A stretch of 64,000 bases of DNA from an uncultured Gammaproteobacteria bacterium (GCA_964588465.1 CAZPPL010000003.1:40545-104544), one strand, 5' to 3'; positions 1 through 10,005 are shown, counted from the stretch's first letter. Made by a program: numbers and translations. Notes: generated by a model from the sequence alone, not told the origin.

Positions 1-304
1 GTAAAACCAAAAATATATAAAATAGGCCATAAATCAATAGATATATTTTGGATTTAGTACCAAGAGTTTTATTAATAGAGGAACTCTTCAGATCCTCTTT
101 TTTAGTTGGCGCTGAGTTTTTCCATAAATGGCGAAGAATAATAAAACTACTAATGATTAAAATAAGGGACAGAATAATACCTGACCAATTTAGAGCATAT
201 AGATAGTAAACTATTGAACCCCAGATGGCGGTTATAGTTACTAAAAACAGTAAATCATCGTTTAGATTATAAGTAATTTTAGTCCAGTTTATGGTTTTTT
301 TCAT
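1..304 (-). CDS. Partial CDS (N-terminal part only, runs off window start): membrane protein of unknown function
   Basis: ATG at 304 on the minus strand opens a frame with no stop down to position 1. Translation MKKTINWTKITYNLNDDLLFLVTITAIWGSIVYYLYALNWSGIILSLILIISSFIILRHLWK... contains two hydrophobic helices. Absent from the ORF track because it is truncated. Confidence 0.45.
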   Translation of the reverse strand, partial: MKKTINWTKITYNLNDDLLFLVTITAIWGSIVYYLYALNWSGIILSLILIISSFIILRHLWKNSAPTKKEDLKSSSINKTLGTKSKIYLLIYGLFYIFLVL

Positions 305-395
305 AATATCTTAATCATAACAAATTCTTGCTAAAATTGGCAATTTTGGCTACTATTAATAAGTTAGCTCAATAATTAAAAGGGATTAATTAAGA

Positions 396-2192
396 GTGTA
401 TAGTTTAGATATGTTTCCAAAAAAGTATTTAAATCTAATTATTGTCAGTTTTTTAGCCTTAGTTTTTTTTATTGCTACCGCTAGTTTTAATTATTATTCT
501 CAATCTCAGAATTATGTTAAGTGGTCTTCTCCTGATGAGACTGCTAATTATTTTTTTGCTAAAGAATTTAGTCAGAGTGGAAATCTATCTTTTTTTGATC
601 CAGCCAATATTATTGCTAACAATATAGTTATCCCTCGCAGTGTGCGTAGTGACCAGGGGCAAGTGAAACCAGTAAGTTTTTTAGGTATTATCTTAATTTA
701 TGGTTGGATAGCTTCTATTTTTGGAATAGTGGTTATTCCTTTTTTAACTCCGGCTTTTGCCGCTTTAGGGCTAATTCTCTTTTATTTGATAGTGCGACGT
801 TTATTTTCTGAACGAGTAGCTCTATGGTCAGCTTTTCTATTAGCGGTTTTTCCAGTGTATATTTATTATACCGTTAGGAGTATGTTCCATAATGTTTTGT
901 TTGTAGTACTCTTGCTGGCGGGAGTTTATTTATTCAGTCTAGCCTTAGGTTCTAAAATTCTTAAAGCCAAAACCAAATTTTTAACTTGGTCTCTATCAAA
1001 ACGTCAGTGCTTAGAATTTGTGGCTATTTTTGCTAGTGGACTATTTATCGGTTTAGCAATTATAACTCGTACCTCTGAACTGTTATGGCTGATTCCAGTA
1101 TTGATAATCATCTATTTCTTCTATGCCCGACGTTTAGCTGTTACTAAACCAATTATATTTATAGCTGGTTTAATTTTAGCCTTATTACCAGCCGCTTATT
1201 ATAATCAGATTATTTATGCTTATTTTTGGCATGGTGGTTATAATGCTATGAATAGCTCTTTAAATAATATAGCGGTTTCTAGTGGGGATATTCTAAGATC
1301 CACTTGGGCCGGACAGTTTAATTACTATCGACATTATTTTGCTCAAATATTTCGTAATGTTTTTTATTTCGGTTTTAATTCCCAACAGTCATTGATTATG
1401 TTTCAGCATTATATTTCTGGAATGTTTCCTTTTATTTTCTATAGTGGTGTTCTAGGCTTGGTTCTTCTAATAACTAAAAATTTTCGTAATTTTAAAAAGA
1501 AATATCTAGTCTATATATTACTTTGGCTAACGCTTAGTACTATTTTAGTTCTATATTATGGTAGTTGGAAATTTAATGATAACCCCAATATAATGCAGTT
1601 TACTATTGGTAATTCTTATACCCGTTATTGGTTGCCAATTTATTTAGGATTAATACCTTTAGGGGCTTTAGCCTTAGTTCGTTTAACTCAAGCGATTTTA
1701 TTTATTAATTTACATAAGCCCGAACGGATTAAAAAGATAATTGCTACTGGTTTACAGCTTTTTATTATCATGGCTTTTAGTGCCTCTTCAATACTTTTTG
1801 TATTATATGGTTCGGATGAAGGTTTAGCATATTTGTATAATAATGATAGAATTGAAAAAATAAATACCGAAGAAGTTTGGAATTTAACTGAGCCTTCGGC
1901 TATTATTATTACTCGTCATTATGATAAGTTTTTTTGGCCTCAACGACGGGTAATTATGGATAATATTAGTAATAAACAAGTTTATAAAGAGATAGTGAAG
2001 TTATTGCCATATTATCCCGTATATTATTATAATTTTTATTTAGACAAAGCAGCAGTGAATTATCTAAATAACCGTAAATTGAGTCCCTATCATCTACACT
2101 TAAATTTAGTGCAGAAATTAAATCTGCGATTTGGTTTATATAAATTAAGCTTTAATACTGAAAATCATGAAGAATTCCGTAAAAAGCCGTAA
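396..2192 (+). CDS. Polytopic membrane glycosyltransferase, GT39/ArnT (PMT_2)-like
   Basis: 598-aa ORF with more than 10 hydrophobic helices and an overall architecture like ArnT/PMT-type lipid-carrier-dependent glycosyltransferases. The start is GTG at 396; ATG at 411 is an alternative. Confidence 0.65.
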   Translation: MYSLDMFPKKYLNLIIVSFLALVFFIATASFNYYSQSQNYVKWSSPDETANYFFAKEFSQSGNLSFFDPANIIANNIVIPRSVRSDQGQVKPVSFLGIILIYGWIASIFGIVVIPFLTPAFAALGLILFYLIVRRLFSERVALWSAFLLAVFPVYIYYTVRSMFHNVLFVVLLLAGVYLFSLALGSKILKAKTKFLTWSLSKRQCLEFVAIFASGLFIGLAIITRTSELLWLIPVLIIIYFFYARRLAVTKPIIFIAGLILALLPAAYYNQIIYAYFWHGGYNAMNSSLNNIAVSSGDILRSTWAGQFNYYRHYFAQIFRNVFYFGFNSQQSLIMFQHYISGMFPFIFYSGVLGLVLLITKNFRNFKKKYLVYILLWLTLSTILVLYYGSWKFNDNPNIMQFTIGNSYTRYWLPIYLGLIPLGALALVRLTQAILFINLHKPERIKKIIATGLQLFIIMAFSASSILFVLYGSDEGLAYLYNNDRIEKINTEEVWNLTEPSAIIITRHYDKFFWPQRRVIMDNISNKQVYKEIVKLLPYYPVYYYNFYLDKAAVNYLNNRKLSPYHLHLNLVQKLNLRFGLYKLSFNTENHEEFRKKP

Positions 2193-3498
2193 AACCTATT
2201 ATATTATGACTATTGGTTGTCAGATGAATCAAGCAGATAGTGAACGTCTGGTGGCCTTTTTAGATAATAATAATTTTCAAGAAGTAATAGATTTTAAAAT
2301 TGCTGATATAGTAATTGTAAATACTTGTGGTATTCGTCAGCCAGCTGAGGATCGGGCCTATGGGTTGATTAATCAGATTAATAAATATAATCCTCAAGCC
2401 CAAGTTATTGTTACGGGTTGCTTAAGCAAGCGAACGGATGTTCAAAAACGTTTGAACAAGCGAGCGGATATTTTTTTACCCATTAATGAAATATTGCAAT
2501 TACCCCAGCTACTACACGGAAAGGTCTATGAGCCTTATTTTAGTTTAGACGATATTCGTCTGACTAAGGGAGAAGAATATTTAAATATTTCGCCACATCA
2601 TCAAAGTACTTTTACCGCTTATGTTCCTATTGGCAATGGTTGTAATAATTTTTGTTCCTATTGTGTAGTACCTTATGCTAGAGGGCGAGAAGTCTATCGT
2701 CCAGCCTTAGAAATAATTAGAGAAGTCAGAAGTCTAATTAAGGATGGTTATAAGGAAATTATTTTAATTGCTCAAAATGTTAATAGTTATTCAGATACTG
2801 ATTATGATTTTACTCGTCTATTGGCACAATTGATAAAAATTTCTGGAAAATTTTGGTTACGTTTTTCTTCTAGCCACCCTAAAGACTTAAGTTTAGAATT
2901 AATGAAGCTCATGGGCTCATCTTCTAAGATTTGTTCTCATTTGCATTTAGCAGTCCAGTCGGGCGATGATGATATTTTAAAAGCGATGAATCGTCAGTAT
3001 ACTGCTAGGCATTATAAGAATTTAATCAAAAAAATGCGTCTAGCCAAGCCTGGTATAGCTATTACTACTGATGTAATTGTCGGTTTTCCAGGAGAGACTA
3101 AAGCTCAATTTAATAGAACTGTAGAATTATTTAAAGATTTAAAATTTGATTTAGCCTATATTTTGCAATATAGCCCTCGTCCTGGGACAGCTTCAGCTTT
3201 AATGTTAGATAATGTTAGTGCTCCTGAAAAAGCTAGAAGAGCCAGAAAATTAAATGAAATATTAAAGCAGACCGCCTGGGATAATAATAAAAAGTATTTA
3301 GGCAAAACCATTAAAATACTAGTGGAAGGGAAGAACAAGCATGGAGATTATTATGGTAAAGCTAGCACTTATCAAACTGTAATTCTTAAAACACCTCAAA
3401 ATAATAAGTCAAAAATTAAATTAGAGATAGTCGGAAATTTTGTGTTAGTAAAAATTAATAAAGCTCTAGCTTTTGGTTTGGAGGGACAATTAGAGTAG
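2167..3498 (+). CDS. miaB: tRNA-i6A37 methylthiotransferase MiaB (radical SAM)
   Basis: N-terminal MTTase motif YIMTIGCQMNQADSE, radical-SAM CNNFCSYCVVPYARGRE, and a C-terminal TRAM-like region. Overlaps the upstream gene by 26 nt. Confidence 0.9.
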   Translation: MKNSVKSRKTYYIMTIGCQMNQADSERLVAFLDNNNFQEVIDFKIADIVIVNTCGIRQPAEDRAYGLINQINKYNPQAQVIVTGCLSKRTDVQKRLNKRADIFLPINEILQLPQLLHGKVYEPYFSLDDIRLTKGEEYLNISPHHQSTFTAYVPIGNGCNNFCSYCVVPYARGREVYRPALEIIREVRSLIKDGYKEIILIAQNVNSYSDTDYDFTRLLAQLIKISGKFWLRFSSSHPKDLSLELMKLMGSSSKICSHLHLAVQSGDDDILKAMNRQYTARHYKNLIKKMRLAKPGIAITTDVIVGFPGETKAQFNRTVELFKDLKFDLAYILQYSPRPGTASALMLDNVSAPEKARRARKLNEILKQTAWDNNKKYLGKTIKILVEGKNKHGDYYGKASTYQTVILKTPQNNKSKIKLEIVGNFVLVKINKALAFGLEGQLE

Positions 3499-3518
3499 AG
3501 TTTTATATATCTATAATT

Positions 3519-4475
3519 ATGTCAGTACAAATAAAATCTAATCAAAAATTAAAAGTAGCTTTGTCTAAGGCTAAAGTTTTAGTCATTCTAGGACCTACCG
3601 CTAGTGGTAAAACTGATTTAGCTATTGATTTAGCGCGAAGATTTAATGGAGAGATAATTGGTGCTGATAGTCGGCAAGTATATCGGGGTTTAGATGTTGG
3701 ATCAGGTAAAGATAAATATAAGTATTCTCTAGGGGGCAAAAAAGTTAAATATTTTTTAATTGATGTTGTCAGTCCAAAAACTAAATTTGATTTAGCCAAA
3801 TATCAAAAAATGGCTCAAAAGGCCATTAAAAATATTTTAAGTCGGAATAAACTACCGATTATAGTTGGCGGAAGTGGTTTATATCTACAAGCCTTGGTAG
3901 ATAATTATGATTTGAGTACCGTTAAGCCAAATCATTCTCAGCGGATAGAGAATAAAAATATGAGTGCTGAAAAATTGTTACAGAAAATTACTAAATTAAA
4001 ACCAGATTTTGCTGTCCGACTAAATAACAGCGATAGTCATAATGCTCGTCGTTTAGTTCGTTATCTAGAAATTATTGAATCTGGAGTTTTTCCTGCAGTT
4101 CGTAGAAAAAAAGTTATTTATAATTTTTTACTTCTAGGACTATCTTGGCCTGACGCAGTTCTTCGAGAACGTATTATAGGGCGTATTCTAATGCGTTTAG
4201 AACACGAAGGGATGATAGCGGAAGTAAAAGGTTTAAATGAAGCCGGAGTTTCTTGGCAACGCTTAAAGTCTTTTGGTTTAGAGTATAAGTTTATAAGTCA
4301 ACATTTGTTAGGCGAACTTAGTTATTCGGAAATGATTGATAAACTAATTACTGCTTCTTATCGTTTTGCCAAACGTCAAAAAACTTGGTTCAAACGTTGG
4401 GAAAAACAGGGAGCAAAAATAGAATGGATTAAAGATAGCATCGAGGCGGTAGAAAAAATTATTCAATGGCAATAA
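3519..4475 (+). CDS. miaA: tRNA dimethylallyltransferase MiaA
   Basis: P-loop ILGPTASGKTDLAIDLA, GADSRQVYRGLDVGSGK, IIVGGSGLYLQAL and a C-terminal YAKRQKTWF-like motif. Adjacent to miaB. Confidence 0.93.
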   Translation: MSVQIKSNQKLKVALSKAKVLVILGPTASGKTDLAIDLARRFNGEIIGADSRQVYRGLDVGSGKDKYKYSLGGKKVKYFLIDVVSPKTKFDLAKYQKMAQKAIKNILSRNKLPIIVGGSGLYLQALVDNYDLSTVKPNHSQRIENKNMSAEKLLQKITKLKPDFAVRLNNSDSHNARRLVRYLEIIESGVFPAVRRKKVIYNFLLLGLSWPDAVLRERIIGRILMRLEHEGMIAEVKGLNEAGVSWQRLKSFGLEYKFISQHLLGELSYSEMIDKLITASYRFAKRQKTWFKRWEKQGAKIEWIKDSIEAVEKIIQWQ

Positions 4476-4523
4476 AAACTCGGCTGATAGTCGAATTTTT
4501 TTAGATATTTTATTTTTACTAAT

Positions 4524-6035
4524 TTACTTAAGTAATTTCTCCAATAATTCTTTAACCATTTTAGGATTAGCTTTACCTTTAGTTTCCGCCATGACTTTAC
4601 CAATAAAAAATTGAATGATATTAGTTTTTCCTTTGCGATATTGAGTTAATTGCTTAGGATTAGCAGTAATTATTTTTTTAACTGCAATTTCTAGCTGAGC
4701 AGAATTATCTAATTGCTCTAGGCCTAGTTCTAGCATAATATCGCTTGGATCTCCACCTTCCCAATACATTTTTTCTAGTATTTTTTGTCCAGCCGAAGAG
4801 TTAATTTTATTTTGATAAATTAAGCTTATTAATTCTGCAAAGTTTTCAGCACTTATTTTTAGATCAGTAATTTTTTTATTATCTGCATTAAGATGTTTTA
4901 ATAACTCTCCAGTAATCCAGTTAGCCGCAGTTTTGGCTAAATGTTTTTCTTGACGGCGAGCTTCGTCACCTTCAGCATTAATCCAAGCCTCCAGTTCAGA
5001 AATAACTTCTTCGGTCCAAGAGGCTAAATTTTTATCATTAACTAAGATTTCGGCCATGGTTTCGTTATAACCATATTCTTTCATAAATCGTCGTTTTTTA
5101 GGCTCGGGCATTTCTGGTATTTGAGCCCATAGTTTAGTCAATAGACCATCGGAAATTTTTAAAGGAGGAATATCTGGTTCTGGGAAATAGCGATAATCTG
5201 CCGAGCTTTCTTTGAGTCGTTGACTTATGGTGGCAGATTTATGTTCATCCCAACCTCGAGTTTCTCCAATAATTTTTTTTCCATTTTTTAATAATTCGGT
5301 TTGTCTAACCACTTCAAAATTAATAGCTTTTTCTACTGCCTTAAAAGAATTAATATTTTTTACTTCTACTTTAGTGTTCACTTGATAATTTTTTTTAGTA
5401 GCTAGAATCTGACCGTCTTGATATTTCCATTTTCCAGTCTCTTGGACGCTAACATTAGCCTCGCAACGCATCTGCCCCTTTTCCATATCAGCATCGCTAA
5501 TATCTAAATAGCGTAGAATTTGTTGATAGGTCTGGCAGAATTCTTTAGCATCTTTAGCATTTTTTATTACTGGTTCAGTAACCAATTCCATCAAAGGCGT
5601 ACCAGCCCTATTAAAATCTAGTAAGGTATAATTTTTATCTTTAAAATGAATGGATTTTCCAGTGTCCTCTTCTATGTGGATACGGGTTATGGCGATTTTA
5701 TTGAGTTCACTTATAGTTAAATACCCCTCGTAGCTTAGGGGCTGATCATATTGAGAGATTTGATAGCCTTTGGGCAGGTCAGGATAAAAATAATTCTTGC
5801 GATCAAATTTAGATGATTGATTTATCTTACAATGTAAAGCCAGACCAGTTAGGATAGTCCAGTCAATGGCTTGTTTATTAGGTACTGGTAGAGTCCCTGG
5901 ATGGCCCAAACAGATGGGACAAACCGTAGTGTTAGGAGCTTGGCCTCTAGCGTCGTTATTACAAGAGCAAAACATTTTACTCTTGGTTTTTAGTTCGGCA
6001 TGTATTTCTAAACCGATGATAGTATCATAAGTCAT
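4524..6035 (-). CDS. gatB: Asp/Glu-tRNA(Asn/Gln) amidotransferase subunit B
   Basis: MTYDTIIGLEIHAEL...KMFCSC...PVCLGHPGTLP and a C-terminal YqeY-like tail. I prefer ATG at 6035 (MTYD...), 1 nt after the dut stop, over the track start at 6059, which would overlap dut. Confidence 0.92.
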   Translation of the reverse strand: MTYDTIIGLEIHAELKTKSKMFCSCNNDARGQAPNTTVCPICLGHPGTLPVPNKQAIDWTILTGLALHCKINQSSKFDRKNYFYPDLPKGYQISQYDQPLSYEGYLTISELNKIAITRIHIEEDTGKSIHFKDKNYTLLDFNRAGTPLMELVTEPVIKNAKDAKEFCQTYQQILRYLDISDADMEKGQMRCEANVSVQETGKWKYQDGQILATKKNYQVNTKVEVKNINSFKAVEKAINFEVVRQTELLKNGKKIIGETRGWDEHKSATISQRLKESSADYRYFPEPDIPPLKISDGLLTKLWAQIPEMPEPKKRRFMKEYGYNETMAEILVNDKNLASWTEEVISELEAWINAEGDEARRQEKHLAKTAANWITGELLKHLNADNKKITDLKISAENFAELISLIYQNKINSSAGQKILEKMYWEGGDPSDIMLELGLEQLDNSAQLEIAVKKIITANPKQLTQYRKGKTNIIQFFIGKVMAETKGKANPKMVKELLEKLLK

Positions 6036-6036
6036 A

Positions 6037-6474
6037 TTAAAATTTACCAGAACTACCAAAACCGCGGTCTTGACGTTCGGTAGAATTATCTAATTTTTCT
6101 TCGCTTATTTTTAAGTTTAAAACTCGTTGTATCAAAATTTGAGCAATTTTTTGTCCGGGAATAATATTAAAATTTTCTTCACTTAAATTTTTAATTATTA
6201 CCTTAATTTCTCCTCGATAATTGGCGTCAATAACTCCACCCATGGTACTGATACCGTTACTGGCTAGTCCACTTTTATCCCATATTAATCCAACATACCC
6301 TTTAGGAATAGCCATTTTTATTCCCGTAGTTACTAAAGTTTGATTGTATGGTGATAGGGAATAGTGCTTATTAGCATACAAATCATAGCCAGCATCATCC
6401 TGGTGAGCTTTTTGAGGCAATTTAGCCTTAGAGTCAAGGCGTTCAATTTTCAATTGTAGATTATCAATTTCCAT
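6037..6474 (-). CDS. dut: dUTP diphosphatase
   Basis: 145 aa with dUTPase motifs AGYDLYA, GVIDANYRGEI and C-terminal RGFGSSG. Confidence 0.93.
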   Translation of the reverse strand: MEIDNLQLKIERLDSKAKLPQKAHQDDAGYDLYANKHYSLSPYNQTLVTTGIKMAIPKGYVGLIWDKSGLASNGISTMGGVIDANYRGEIKVIIKNLSEENFNIIPGQKIAQILIQRVLNLKISEEKLDNSTERQDRGFGSSGKF

Positions 6475-6529
6475 ATTATTTTTGAATTTTTAAGCAATGA
6501 GTTATTAATACACTTTACAGTATTTCAGT

Positions 6530-7213
6530 TTAGTTAACTAATTTTTGAATGCTTGACCATACTAATTCGTTTATTTCTTTCCGGCTCAATATCTCTTTGT
6601 TTTTGGTACAATTAATTAGTTGAAAATTTGGGAAATCATCGGCTATCTGTAGATAGACTTGCTCAGCTCTTCTTAAGTGGTTTAAATTATTCTCATGGAT
6701 ATCTTTAATTTTTCCAATCCAATCCTCTCGGGCTCTTTTTTGAGCTAATTTTTGAGCTATATCAGCTCCAACGTGTAGAATAATTGTTAAGTCTGGTCGA
6801 GGTATCTCAAAAATCTTATATTCCAGATTATCTAGCCAATTAAAGAATAAACGACGTTTTAGGGGATTGGAAATTTTTCCTCCTTGATGCCCCATATTAG
6901 CACTAGTATAACGGTTGGCTAGCACGATATAGCCTTCATTCAAATATTTTTTAATTTTAAAACTAGCATCATAACGATCCGTGGCATAGAAGATGGAAGC
7001 TTTATAGGGTCCCACTTCTTTAAGTGTACCATATTTGCCTGATAAATATTCTTCTATTGGTCCAGCTGATTTAGTATTATATTGAGGAAAATCCGCTACT
7101 CCCACCTGGTAACCAGCTTTTTCTAAACGAATTTTTAGTAAATTAAGCTGAGTAGCTTTACCACTACCATCAGTACCGTCAATAACAATAAATTTTCCTT
7201 TTGTTGTTTGCAT
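6530..7213 (-). CDS. tmk: Thymidylate (dTMP) kinase
   Basis: FIVIDGTDGSGKATQ P-loop and a DRY-type motif (TDRYDAS). ATG at 7213 (MQTTKGKF...) abuts the upstream stop at 7215. The track start at 7264 would overlap the upstream gene by 50 nt. Confidence 0.9.
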   Translation of the reverse strand: MQTTKGKFIVIDGTDGSGKATQLNLLKIRLEKAGYQVGVADFPQYNTKSAGPIEEYLSGKYGTLKEVGPYKASIFYATDRYDASFKIKKYLNEGYIVLANRYTSANMGHQGGKISNPLKRRLFFNWLDNLEYKIFEIPRPDLTIILHVGADIAQKLAQKRAREDWIGKIKDIHENNLNHLRRAEQVYLQIADDFPNFQLINCTKNKEILSRKEINELVWSSIQKLVN

Positions 7214-7214
7214 A

Positions 7215-7769
7215 TTATTTTTTAATCTTTTTAATAATTTCATCAATTTGTCGGTATAGATCATTTAGAGTCCCGTTATTGTTGAGTTGATATTTAGATT
7301 GGGACATAACTTGAGGGATCTCTGATTCAGACTCCTTTTGTTCATCAAGTAAAAATTGTTCTAAAGTCTTTTTATCATCGCCAATATTCTCATTGCGACG
7401 TACTACTCTCTGATGGCGAGTTTTCAGATCAGCACTAATACTTATTAAATAAAAATTAGAAAAATTTATTAAAGATTTAATATCATTCAGACGTCTTACT
7501 CCGTCTATAATTACAATATCCTGCTGGTCGGCTATTAGATCTTGAGTTATCACTTTATCTAGAATATCACTACCGAATAAAGTTCTAATATTTGATGATA
7601 GATTTTGTAAATTATTTCTACTGATTGGTAAATAAAGACGTTTTAAAATATCACGTAATACTGTAGAAAAACGATGGCTGTTGGCCTTATATTTTTTTTC
7701 TAGATATTCCTTAGTTACTCCCTTACCGCTAGCAATAGGGCCAACTAGTCCTAGAATTATTTTAGGCAT
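7215..7769 (-). CDS. P-loop nucleotide kinase (CoaE / dNMP-kinase-like), substrate unknown
   Basis: N-terminal LGLVGPIASGKGV Walker A and a DGVRR motif; 184 aa. Sits between thyX and tmk in a tight operon. Confidence 0.6.
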   Translation of the reverse strand: MPKIILGLVGPIASGKGVTKEYLEKKYKANSHRFSTVLRDILKRLYLPISRNNLQNLSSNIRTLFGSDILDKVITQDLIADQQDIVIIDGVRRLNDIKSLINFSNFYLISISADLKTRHQRVVRRNENIGDDKKTLEQFLLDEQKESESEIPQVMSQSKYQLNNNGTLNDLYRQIDEIIKKIKK

Positions 7770-7771
7770 AA

Positions 7772-9061
7772 TTATTTTTCAATAATATCATGTAAACCGC
7801 GACGGACATCCCAGTCATCAAGGCTTAAATCAATATGCATTTTTAAATTAGGTAATTCTTCTTTTATTTTTTTAGCCATTTCTTGGGCAGTTTTTCGTAG
7901 GCTAGGATGTACATTACGTCCGGATCTTAATTCTACAACATAAATAGTTGCTGGCAAAGAGTAGCTGACTGAACAAGAAACGTTGAAGCCCATAGCAATG
8001 TAATACTGTCTAATTTCTGGGCTAGTCTTTAGTTTGTTTATAGATTCTTTTTGTAAAGTTATTAATTCTTTAGCCTTTTTTTTGATATTTTTTGGAAGTT
8101 GTTCCAAATACCAATTGTTGAAACCCAAAGTAGTGCCTAATAAAGGCATTCGGCAAACACCATTACGATGACGTTGGATATCTCGAAAAGAACCATAATC
8201 TAAATTAAATTTAAAAGTAAATAAACCTAAATCGCCCATAAAAGTTGGTAAATTGGTTTTAATTGGTCTAGAGTCAATAATTTTTTGATATTTGTCTAAC
8301 TTATTAGAATCTATATTAGTCTGCATACTAAGTTCTTTTTGGCTAGCAAAATTGAAATAAGTATAATTTTCAACTGTGGTAGCCCTATATTTTTCTTGTT
8401 CTGTATATAATTTATGAGAAAAACTATGAGGATATTTTTGTTTCAACTGCTTTAATATTTTTTTAGCTATTTTTTGCACTTCAGGTAAAGGATGATGTCT
8501 TAGTAGGGCTAGTTTATCCCAAGCTTGCCGAAGATTAGTGTGCCAACTTAATTGAGTAGTTATTCCAGCGGGTAGAAAACCTCGTCTAATGTCAAAATTT
8601 CTAGCTTTAATAGCTTTAAGATAGGTATTCTTATCTTCATTCTCTTGTTTGGGGTATTTTTTTATTAGAAATTTTTGTATTTCTTCTTGACTATCAACGT
8701 AGAATGACAACCAGCGGTCTAGAATTTTTTTAGAAACTGGAGTATTAATTGGATCTTTAATCATTTGTTTGGACATGTCAATGTAACGAGTACTGGTTTC
8801 TTGTCCGCTATATAATTGCCAGTCTTGGATAGCTTTATCTGCTAGCATACTAATACCTTCAATAAAAATAGTGGTACTGCCACAATCAGCAATGCTAGCA
8901 TGTCCATAGCCTACATAGAAAGTTTCCATAAACTTACCTGAACCGCTTTTTTTAACTTTTTTTACATGTTCTACTACACTTTTAGGGCTTCGCGAATAAA
9001 GAGCTTGCATCATAGCGGTATCCTCAGGACCAAATTCGTCGTAAATAAAAATATTAGCCAT
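7772..9061 (-). CDS. thyX: FAD-dependent thymidylate synthase ThyX, tandem two-domain form
   Basis: 429 aa, about twice the canonical ThyX length. The first half has YGHASI..., ...SGQETSTRY and LRHH...EVQKIAKKI. The second half has DIQRHRNG and VELRSGRNVHPSLRKTAQEMA. Lies within a dTMP-pathway gene context. Confidence 0.7.
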   Translation of the reverse strand: MANIFIYDEFGPEDTAMMQALYSRSPKSVVEHVKKVKKSGSGKFMETFYVGYGHASIADCGSTTIFIEGISMLADKAIQDWQLYSGQETSTRYIDMSKQMIKDPINTPVSKKILDRWLSFYVDSQEEIQKFLIKKYPKQENEDKNTYLKAIKARNFDIRRGFLPAGITTQLSWHTNLRQAWDKLALLRHHPLPEVQKIAKKILKQLKQKYPHSFSHKLYTEQEKYRATTVENYTYFNFASQKELSMQTNIDSNKLDKYQKIIDSRPIKTNLPTFMGDLGLFTFKFNLDYGSFRDIQRHRNGVCRMPLLGTTLGFNNWYLEQLPKNIKKKAKELITLQKESINKLKTSPEIRQYYIAMGFNVSCSVSYSLPATIYVVELRSGRNVHPSLRKTAQEMAKKIKEELPNLKMHIDLSLDDWDVRRGLHDIIEK

Positions 9062-9071
9062 ATATTTATAA

Positions 9072-9560
9072 TTATTGATCGTTATATTTAGTCATTTTAG
9101 TATCAAGTAAAATTAATTCTATTTTTGCCTCCGAAAATATTTCTTTACTGCGTTTACTAGAATGATAGTCTTGAGCACAGACCACTCGTTTTATTCCAGT
9201 ATTAATAATCATTTTAGCACAAGTATAACAAGGAGTCATTTTACAATATAGAGTCCCGTCCTTTAGGGCAATGCCCATACGAGCGGCTTCGCAAATGGCA
9301 TTTTGTTCGGCATGAGTAGCACGGACACAATGACGGCTGGTGGAGCCGTCTTCATTAATTACGGTATGCATTTCATGCCCGACATCATCGCAATGAGCCA
9401 GACCTATGGGTGAGCCTACATAACCAGTGGCAATTATTCGTTTATCATGAGTTATTACACAGGCAGCTCTACCACGATCGCAAGTACCACGACTACCAAT
9501 GATTTCTGCTATTTTCATAAAGTACTTGTCCCAAGAAGGACGTTGATGAGGCTTATTCAT
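9072..9560 (-). CDS. dCMP deaminase (ComEB/CDA family)
   Basis: Zinc motifs HAEQNAI and PCYTCAKMI; 162 aa. Confidence 0.9.
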   Translation of the reverse strand: MNKPHQRPSWDKYFMKIAEIIGSRGTCDRGRAACVITHDKRIIATGYVGSPIGLAHCDDVGHEMHTVINEDGSTSRHCVRATHAEQNAICEAARMGIALKDGTLYCKMTPCYTCAKMIINTGIKRVVCAQDYHSSKRSKEIFSEAKIELILLDTKMTKYNDQ

Positions 9561-9731
9561 AAAATTATAAATTAATAAATATCTAAAGTATATATATTTT
9601 AACTCATTATTTAAATAAAATAAATATTGACAAATATAGCTTTATATTGCTTTAGGCTTTTAAAAAGTCTAAAAATAGGCTAAAATGTTAAATAGATATG
9701 ATTAATATTCTAAATTCTAAATAAAATCATC

Positions 9732-9998
9732 ATGTTTCATGAATATATTGAAAAATTAGCTAATAATAAGGATATTTATTTAAAAGTTAGAGTTTCATCA
9801 GGCACTTCCCAAACTAGTTTTTTAAAGATAATGTCTGATGGAACTATTAAGATTGCTATTTCCGCAGCTCCAGAAAAAGGCCTGGCTAATCGCGAACTTA
9901 TCAAATTCTTGGCTAAGGAACTGGAAGTTCGTAAATATCAAGTGAAAATAGTAGGTGGATTTAATGAAAAAAATAAATTAATTAAAGTTAGTAGATAA
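9732..9998 (+). CDS. DUF167 (YggU-like) family protein
   Basis: 88 aa with ISAAPEKGLANRELIKFLAKEL...VKIVGG...K, a pattern typical of YggU. Confidence 0.7.
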   Translation: MFHEYIEKLANNKDIYLKVRVSSGTSQTSFLKIMSDGTIKIAISAAPEKGLANRELIKFLAKELEVRKYQVKIVGGFNEKNKLIKVSR

Positions 9999-10005
9999 TT
10001 TAGCT

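Noticed and set aside
3156-3799. Minus-strand ORFs 3156-3338 and 3542-3799
   Set aside because: They lie antisense within miaB and miaA and are shadow ORFs with no independent support.
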